From: Deltaproteobacteria bacterium
GTDB taxonomy: Bacteria > Desulfobacterota > Desulfobacteria > Desulfobacterales > Magnetomoraceae
Length of the DNA stretch: 19,865 bases
Direction: 5' to 3'
Assembly: GCA_002753725.1 (NCBI GenBank)
Contig: PEAL01000065.1
Coordinates: 1-19,865, forward strand
Below the pieces are notes generated by a model. That model did no database searches and had not been told where the DNA came from. It saw only the letters and a list, made by a program, of their open reading frames with translations. The position numbers and the translations under genes are program-made. Below, piece after piece: positions 1-7,800 of this stretch. The number at the start of each line of letters is the position of its first letter. Positions within the stretch are counted from its first letter, which is position 1.

Positions 1-5
1 TGTGC

Positions 6-87
6 CGCCCTTTCAGGGCTAAAACACCTCTATGCCATTACCCAGGGCGTTGCCCTGGGCTGGTATTTAACGCCCTTTCAGGGCTAA
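6..87. repeat. REP-like cluster of short GC-rich hairpins
   Basis: Exact 17-bp direct repeat cgccctttcagggctaa at 6-22 and 71-87. Each copy contains a gccct/ttc/agggc hairpin (7-19 and 72-84). Between them lies a palindrome cccagggc-gtt-gccctggg (41-59, 8-bp stem) built on the same GCCCT/AGGGC core. The cluster is non-coding and touches the window edge, so it may be truncated. Confidence 0.45.
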
Positions 88-88
88 G

Positions 89-116
89 AAAAAAGTGCAA
101 CTTTTTTGTGTTGCAC
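89..116 (-). terminator. Hairpin plus T-run that reads as an intrinsic terminator only on the minus strand
   Basis: Stem gtgcaac (95-101) pairs with gttgcac (110-116) around an 8-nt loop. The plus strand has A6 at 89-94, which is T6 downstream of the stem on the minus strand. No minus-strand gene lies immediately upstream of it in this window, so its role is unclear. Confidence 0.3.
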
Positions 117-364
117 CCCTCTCATTATAGTCAATTACCAATCAATAAAAATGGCCTAACTAAATAGTCTAAACCTTAAAAACTTGCAATTTGGTTTATG
201 GATTCAGTGGATTCAGTTCCAGAATAACATGTTTACAGCGTGACAGTCTGCTTGTAAAATGGTATGTAAGTTTCAAAGAGATAACAAACATTCTCCCTTT
301 GAAAGAAGAGGGATCATACAACGGTCATTCGTATTATCTGACAGAAAAAAAATGCAAACATCAT

Positions 365-967
365 ATGTATCCTGAAAATGAAAAACTTAATCTGAAAATT
401 GATCCTTCAACGGTTTATAGAATATTCCTCATCATATTCTTTTTCAGCGAGGTATTCATATTTTTCTATTTCTATTCATCACCGAATTTTTTCACAATTT
501 CATGGAAATCCTATCTATTGACTGCGCTTCTTTTGCCCATTATTTCAATATTTATTATGGGTATCATTATAGAAAGTTTTAATGCTTTTTTTTACAAAAA
601 TGAAGATAACAGTGAAACAGATCAACGTTTAGTTGATGAAGGCATCCCCCTTGTATTTGATACGCCCTTTTCGTCAATACATCAGTTATGGTTTCGCCTC
701 CCCTTTCTTTTAAGACTGTTTTTACTGATCATTAGCATCATCATTTTTTATTATATCAGCGCATCTGTTGATATAATGATTTATACGTTGTTTGGATTTC
801 TTTTTTTTGCCATTGTAATAGCCTTTATTTATGCTATATTCAGCATGATTTTAAATTATAAGGTAAAAATAGCAAAACTGGATGTGTATTTTTTGACAAA
901 ACAAACGTTAATTGATCAGGACATATCTAAAAGCATCAAACAGATTGCTCCTGACCCAATAAGTTAA
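365..967 (+). CDS. Hypothetical 4-TM membrane protein (paralogue 1 of a tandem pair)
   Basis: The ORF-track frame 191..967 opens on TTG. The first in-frame ATG is codon 59 (nt 365). The resulting 200-aa product aligns end to end with the 197-aa neighbour: SEVFIF/SEIFIL, GIIIESFNAFFYKNEDNSE vs GFITEAFNIIFLKNDDSKS, ILNYKVKI vs FLSYKLKL. It has four long hydrophobic segments. I do not recognise the family. Confidence 0.75.
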   Translation: MYPENEKLNLKIDPSTVYRIFLIIFFFSEVFIFFYFYSSPNFFTISWKSYLLTALLLPIISIFIMGIIIESFNAFFYKNEDNSETDQRLVDEGIPLVFDTPFSSIHQLWFRLPFLLRLFLLIISIIIFYYISASVDIMIYTLFGFLFFAIVIAFIYAIFSMILNYKVKIAKLDVYFLTKQTLIDQDISKSIKQIAPDPIS

Positions 968-972
968 TTGAA

Positions 973-1566
973 ATGAAAAACAATAATATGAAAGGTATTG
1001 TCAGATTTTTTAGGATGGGCGATATTGAGTCTCTCTTTTATTTTTATCTTTGCTTTGTGGGGCTGTCTGAAATTTTTATACTATGTTTCTTTAGAAAGTT
1101 ATCACATGTAACGCATTCGCCTTTTGATTTGAAAACCTGCTTTTTTGCATTGTTAATTGTTCCGCTACTTGAAACAATGGTCTTAGGCTTTATTACAGAA
1201 GCATTTAATATTATATTTTTAAAAAATGATGATTCAAAAAGTAACAAAACCTTCTGGTTTATCGACAGAAAGACCAAGGTTCCATTTATTTTTTCTCTTC
1301 TGTTGGTGATATTTGGTCTTTATAGCGTAATAAATATCGACAGGATATATTTATATTTTAATCAGCCTGAGATGCCTTTTTCAAAATTCATTTCTATTTT
1401 TTTGATTACCTTATTCGTGGGGATTTTTATTCTTTTTGTTTTGCAAGTGTTTTTATCCTATAAGCTCAAGCTAAAAATAATGACGCTTCAGTTATCGTTT
1501 GACCAGAAAAATTATTTATCTAAGCAATCAGAGCAATTGATTTCGTTGGACAACGATGATTCTTAG
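973..1566 (+). CDS. Hypothetical 4-TM membrane protein (paralogue 2 of a tandem pair)
   Basis: The ATG lies 5 nt after the stop of the upstream paralogue. It shares that paralogue's four-hydrophobic-segment layout and motifs (see 365..967). The stop is TAG at 1564-1566. Confidence 0.8.
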   Translation: MKNNNMKGIVRFFRMGDIESLFYFYLCFVGLSEIFILCFFRKLSHVTHSPFDLKTCFFALLIVPLLETMVLGFITEAFNIIFLKNDDSKSNKTFWFIDRKTKVPFIFSLLLVIFGLYSVINIDRIYLYFNQPEMPFSKFISIFLITLFVGIFILFVLQVFLSYKLKLKIMTLQLSFDQKNYLSKQSEQLISLDNDDS

Positions 1567-1604
1567 GAATGCTCGAAAAATAAGTTCTCCATTTTAGATT
1601 GGAG

Positions 1605-1626
1605 TCCCAAAGCTTTAGCTTTGGGA
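1605..1626. terminator. Hairpin between convergent genes (possible bidirectional terminator)
   Basis: tcccaaagc (1605-1613), loop ttta, gctttggga (1618-1626): a 9-bp perfect stem. It sits between the stop of the + gene (1566) and the stop of the minus small ORF (1634). There is no strong T-run on either side. Confidence 0.35.
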
Positions 1627-1633
1627 GTTATTC

Positions 1634-1786
1634 TCAGGTTCTTTTATCGGATGCCAGAACAAGCAAGAGACCAATAATCGGTGTTAACAAAATGGATCCA
1701 AAAAAATATCCCCAAAAACCAAATTTTCGATTGGCTCCGAAAAGTCCAATGAACAAACAAATCATAAAATAGATTGCATAATGCAT
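1634..1786 (-). CDS. Small (50 aa) two-TM membrane protein, below the ORF-track length cutoff
   Basis: My own translation of the minus strand gives MHYAIYFMICLFIGLFGANRKFGFWGYFFGSILLTPIIGLLLVLASDKRT*. That is ATG at 1786-1784 and TGA at 1636-1634. The AAGGA of the heptamer repeat lies ~9 nt upstream of the ATG. The gene starts 19 nt downstream of the giant gene's stop on the same strand. The R-K-x-G-F-W-G...P-I-I-G-L pattern resembles a widespread small-membrane-protein motif that I recognise only by pattern. Confidence 0.6.
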   Translation of the reverse strand: MHYAIYFMICLFIGLFGANRKFGFWGYFFGSILLTPIIGLLLVLASDKRT

Positions 1787-1791
1787 ATGTG

Positions 1792-1816
1792 TTATTCCTT
1801 ATTCCTTATTCCTTAT
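1792..1816. repeat. Heptamer tandem repeat (ttattcc)x3.5, which is (ggaataa)n on the minus strand
   Basis: ttattcc occurs at 1792-1798, 1799-1805 and 1806-1812, followed by a partial ttat. On the minus strand this gives TAA in all three frames within 17 nt; the first (1808-1806) is the giant gene's stop. It also gives three AAGGA Shine-Dalgarno-like motifs ahead of the small ORF. Confidence 0.8.
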
Positions 1817-4800
1817 AAAAAATGATGGCTTCGGCACGCCGATTTTTTAGTTTTCCTTCTGGCGTTACATTTTCTGTAATGGGGCGTGTCTCGCCATAAC
1901 CTTTAGATGTCAGTCGCTGGGATGATATGTTAAAGGTTTTAATCAGATATGTTCGGATATAATCCGCGCGTTGCTGTGAAAGCTCTACATTTTTATCTTC
2001 ATCGCCGGAATTATCTGTATGTGCTTCAATCGTCGCATAAACATCAGGATACTGATTTAATAATTTTCCCAGAGCATTGATACGAGCATGGCTGATGGGT
2101 TTAATGGCTGATGCATAAAAATGAACATTTAAATCATAATGAAGCGATGTGTCTGATGTTGTCAGTTGTGCAAAGGCTGATTGAACAGGGGTTACATTAC
2201 CTGCCCGATCTCGTGCCTGGAGATGAATAAACCATCGGCCATCTTTTTGCGAGAGTGTCGTTTGGGTGATGGATTGAAAGTCACCCGATGGTATGGATGT
2301 CGGTTTTTGATCAATAACATATCGATAGTGAATGATTGGATCATTATCTTTCGCATGCCATGTCCATTGTTTTATTTTTTGAGGAATAATGTCATTAATC
2401 ATTGTATCAAAAACAGGAGGTGTATTATCCAATAATGCAGATACTGTATATACTTCACTGATATTCCCGGCCCTGTCCGTTGCCTGTACATGAATGTATC
2501 TTTTGCCATCACCCTCTGATATTTCAGCGGTATGATGGTCTTTAAAAGGCCCTGATGGCACTGAGATTTCCGATGAGTTGATGACCCATCGAAATGTGAC
2601 CTGTTGATCCATATCTGTAGCATTCCACGACCAGGTTTTCCTTTGTAAGGGTACAGGATCATCCTGAAGTCCATTAATCATCGGTTTTTGATTATCAATT
2701 ATTGCGGATACTGTTTTTACAGCACTGATATTTCCAGCGCGATCCTGTGCTTGTACATGAATATACCATCGCCCATTAACATCAGATAAGTGAGCCTGAA
2801 ATACAGGGCTAAAAACAGTTGATGGTGACGTTTCAGGTTTCTGATCAATATGATATCGGTACAAGATATTAGAATCAGCATCCCTGGCGGTCCATGACCA
2901 TTGAATCTGCTTTTGGGGAATCAAATGGTCTGCCAGACCTTCTATTTCCGGAGGAATCCTATCCAATATTGCGTAAACTGTTTTCGTGGCACTGACATTC
3001 CCAGCCCGGTCTTTGCCCTGGATATGAAAATACCAGACACCATTCGCATTGGAGAGGCCTGTTTCATTTGTGTGCGTAAAAGAACCTGTTGGCTCAGCAT
3101 CTGAGCGTTGATCAAGAAGCCATCGATAAGCAATCTGTTCATCATCATCGTTGGCGCGCCATTGCCATTGTTTGGATTGAACAGGTGTATCGTCATTTGA
3201 AAGGTGAGTGATTACGGGTGGTTTGTTATCTAACACACAATGGACAGTCAATACATTACTGATATTAAACGCCCTGTCTTGTGCCTGAACATGAAGATAA
3301 AACAAACCATTTTCATTTTCAAGCCGTGCTTGGGTTATTTGTGAGAATTGATTTTTCGGTACAGTGTAAGCATTTTGGTCAATGATATATCGATATTGAA
3401 TAAAGAGATCGTTATCTTTAGCGCTCCATTGCCATTGTTTGGATGTTGAAGGGGTGGTATCACTGGCAAGTTGTATTAGAATCGGTGGCTCATTATCCAA
3501 AATTGCTGAAACAGTTTTGACAGAACTTAGATTTCCTGCATAATCTTTCGCCTGAACATGTAAATACCATGTGCCATCTTTATCCGCGATGCGTGCCTTT
3601 GTGATATTTTTGAATAGGCCTGTTGGTATGGACTCAAAATTTTGATCAATAACATATCGATATCGAACATCAGTATGGGCATCATGGCTGTTCCAGTGCC
3701 ATTCTTTTTGTTGATGAGGAACTTTATCATCTTCCAGTCCAAAAATCTTTGGCGATTGATTATCCAATATGGCCACCGCTGTGGTAACCGGACTGATATT
3801 CCCTGCCTGATCTTTTGCCTGAATATGAATATACCATTTTCCATTGGATTGTTTCAACGTGGCTTGAGAGATATTCGTGTATTCTCCAGTTGGCACAGAA
3901 TCAGATGTCTGATCAATGGTATATCGATACAAGCATGACACTTCATTGGCAGCATCCCACGACCAGACCTTTTTTTGAACGGGAGTAAGATAATCAGTAA
4001 TGCCTGTGATTATGGGAGATGAACGATCGATGATTGCAGACACAGTCACGATATCACTCAAATTTCCAGCACGATCCCGTGCCTGTACATGGAGGTACCA
4101 CGTCCCTTCACCATTGGACAATTCACATGAATGATGATCGGTAAATGAGGTTGTTGGAATACCATTTGCCAATTGATCGACCTGATAGCGATATTGAGTA
4201 TATGAGTCATTATCCTCAACCTGCCATTGCCAATGGATGGTTTGTGCTGGTATTAAAACGTTATTCAAGCCGGTTATGACCGGAAGGGTAGTGTCTATCA
4301 CGATAGAAGCAGTGACAACATCACTGATATTATTCGCTGAGTCTCTGGCCTGTACATGAATAAACCAGAGCCCCTCCGTGTGGGACAGGCTCGCCTGGTT
4401 GATGGAATTAAACGAACCGGTTGGTTGTGATCGTTGTTTTTGATCAATGGAATATCGATAGTAAATGTTTGCATCAGTATCTTTGCCATACCATCTCCAA
4501 GTATGTGATTTCATAGGCTGATGAATATCTGAAAGCCCTGAAAGACTTGGGGCTGTACGATCAATAATGGCTGAAACGGTTTTGATGGGACTCAAATTAC
4601 CGGCGGTATCTTTAGCCTGTATGGATAAATAAAACACGCCTTCACCATCAGAAAAACTAACGGTATTGGTATAAGCAAACGTACCCGATGGTTTAATTTC
4701 AGGATGTTGTGTAATCACATAACGATACATCACATGAGGATCATCATCTCTTGCACGCCATGACCATTTTTTTTGCTGTGTTGGAATGGGATCAACGTTG

Positions 4801-7800
4801 ATATCCACTATTTCAGGGGCAATAGTATCCAGTCTGGCAGAGACAGTGACCACATTACTTACATTATCCGCCCTGTCCCTGGCCTGAACATGTAAATAGA
4901 ATATGCCATGATTATTGGAAATCTCTGCATATGTTATATCTGAAAAAGGACCAGAAGGTGTATATTGCTCAAAAGGGTTGATCGCATATCGATACATCAG
5001 TTCTGTATCCTGATCCTTTCCATGCCATATCCATTTTTTTTGGCTGACAGGGTTTATATCACTGGATAAGCCTTCAATGGTTGGAGGAATCGTATCAAAA
5101 TTTGCCCATACTGTTTGGGATGTGCTGATATTGCCAGCCCGGTCTTTTGACTGAACGTGAAGGAACCATCGGCCATTAATATTCTTTCCTGTAAAACAGG
5201 TCGTGGTATCAAAATCAGTTGAAAATTGTGCCTCGGAATGTTGAGTGAACGAATAACGCGATTTTACGCCGCTATCCTGATCAATTAATTGCCAGGCCCA
5301 TTGTTTGGACTGAACAGGATATGCAACAGAGGATAGCCCTTTTATTACAGGAGGAGTATTATCAAGAATACTTGACACTGTAACGATTTCACTGGTATTC
5401 CCAGCGCGATCCAGTGCCTGAACATGAATAAACCATGTCCCTTCAGCATTAGATAGATGAGCAGAGGTCACATGGGTAAAGGATGTTGTGGGGGATGCAT
5501 CGGCACGTTGATCGATAATATAGCGATGCAATACGTCTGGATCATTATCCAGGGTTGCCCATGTCCATGATTGATTCCTGACTGGATACAGATTATCTGT
5601 AAGTCCGATAATTTCAGGCGGGGTGTTGTCAATGATTGCAGAAACTGTGATGTGTTCACTAAGATTTCCTGCCTGATCTTTTGCCATAACATGCAAATAC
5701 CAGATGCCATCACCTTCTTCAATCGTGGCCTTGGCTTCTGGTTTGAATTGTCCAGATGGCGGTGCATCTTTATTTTGATCGATAGAAAATTGATAACTGA
5801 CGGTTTCATCCAAAGGTTCAGAATACCATGTCCATTTTTTCTGGTGTTTAGGTATAGAATCGTTTGAAAGCCCTTTAATGATTGGTGCTGTGTTATCCAA
5901 AATGGCTGAAACGCGAATTATTTCACTCAAATTGCCAGCACGGTCTTTTGCTTGAAGAAAAAGATAGCACATCTGATTTTCACCAGAGATTTCAACAGAT
6001 GTTTCATGCGTGTAAGAGCCGAACGGTTGTTTCTCAAGCGTTTTACTGATAGCATACCGATAGTCAAGGTATGGATCAGCATCATGGCCTTTCCATTGCC
6101 ATTTTTTTCTTTGTGTGGGAACGGGGTCATCATCTAACCCACTAATAACCGGGGCTGTGTTGTCCAGCAATTCAGAAACAGTGGCAACATTACTTTCATT
6201 TCCTGCGCGATCAATGGCCTGAACATGCAAATACCATCGGCCATCACCACTGGATATCGATGCCGTGTTCGTATATTGATAATTACCATCAGGTAAGGCG
6301 TTTTCATTTTGGGTGATTAAATACCGGTATACAATTTGGTGATCAGCGTCTTTTGCCTGCCAGTTCCATTTTATTTTTTTTACAGGATGCATTACAGGAG
6401 ATAATCCCGTGACTACCGGCTTTGTTGTATCGATGAGAGCTTTCACTGTAACCACAGAACTTAAATTGCCAGCAGTATCTTGTGCCTGTACATGGAGATA
6501 CCAAAGACCATCCGTTTCATAAATGGGTGTTGAATGAATCGTTGAAAAAATTCCCAATGGTTTGGAATCATAGAATTGATCAATTAAAATTCGAAAGCGA
6601 ACAGTGGGGTCAGCATCTTCTGCATGCCAAGAAAAAGATTTACTTCTTACCGGCGTTACTTCCCTGTCATCAGAAAGCCCCTTAATAACAGGCGGTAATT
6701 GATCCAACAGACAATATACATGATAAACCTTACTGAGATTGCCTGCCCAGTCTTTTGCCTGAACATGAAGATACCACCGCCCATCGACATCTTTAATTGT
6801 TGCGGTAGTTGTTTTTTTAAATTCTGTTTCAATGAGGGACTGTTCTTTCTGGTCAATGGTATACCGAAATGTCGCATTTTCATTTGAATGGGTTTTCCAG
6901 GCCCATATTTTCTGTTTTTTAGGAACGGAATCATTTTCAATACCCACAATTCTGGGAGGCACATTATCCAGAACCACAGAGACCGTGACAACATTGCTGA
7001 GATTTCCGGCGCGATCTGTTGCCTGAACATGGAGATAGCATAAGCCTTCAATATCTTTGGCAATCGCAGAATGTGTTGAATTAAACGGTCCTTCAGGTTT
7101 TGAATCAGGATGATGATCGATCAAATACCTGAAAAGAATAGTGGTATCATCATCCTTTGCTGACCATGTCCATCGTTTAACTGTTGTGGACGTTAATGAA
7201 TCAGACAGGCCGATAATTATTGGCGCTGTGGTATCAAGAATTGTCTGGACAGTGACAGTATTGCTTTCATTGCCTGCTGTATCGCATGCCTGAAGATGTA
7301 GATACCAGATACCATCATCATAATAATTTTTATCCAGTTGAATCATGCGGGTGAATGTATATGCACCTTTTGGATGAGAATCGGCAAACTGATCGACAAG
7401 ATATCGAAACCGAACATTGGGGTCAGCATCGTTTGCTGATAGCATCCATTTTTGTATGGACACTGGCGTAATCGAATGAGCAATATCATTAATGAGTGGT
7501 GGTATGGTGTCAATTGTAATGGATAACAACTCAGAAATACTGATATTTTCATCACTCTGGGTTTGATAATGTGCAGATAATTCATGTGTCCCTTCAGTCA
7601 AATCAATGTTAAACTGAAAAATATCTGCTGTGATGACTGTCGTTGCCCCTGATAAAGCATTTCCATCAACAAGAAGAACCACTGTCTGGTCGATATCTCC
7701 GAATCCTTGAATGTGTAAATTTTTAGATTGGCGGGTGATCCTATCGGTATTGAAAAAACCTGTATCATGTTCAGGTTCCAAGGATAGATTATATGGTTTT

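Noticed and set aside
1-90. Possible CRISPR array (a repeated unit with ~65-bp period)
   Set aside because: There are only two copies of a 17-bp unit, far shorter than CRISPR repeats. The flanks do not extend the repeat, the 'spacer' itself contains a related palindrome, and no cas genes are present. It fits REP-like hairpins better.
124-129. Perfect TATAAT on the minus strand (plus-strand attata), considered as a promoter for a small RNA ending at the 89-116 terminator-like hairpin
   Set aside because: There is no acceptable -35 at 16-18 nt spacing (TTGATT lies only 10 nt away). The implied transcript would be only ~25-30 nt. This is too speculative.
191-364. 5' extension of the first membrane-protein ORF (TTG start at 191 in the ORF track)
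   Set aside because: The extension has no counterpart in the tandem paralogue and no hydrophobic or signal character, and it begins on TTG. The first ATG (365) gives a product matching the paralogue in length. The true start remains unverified.
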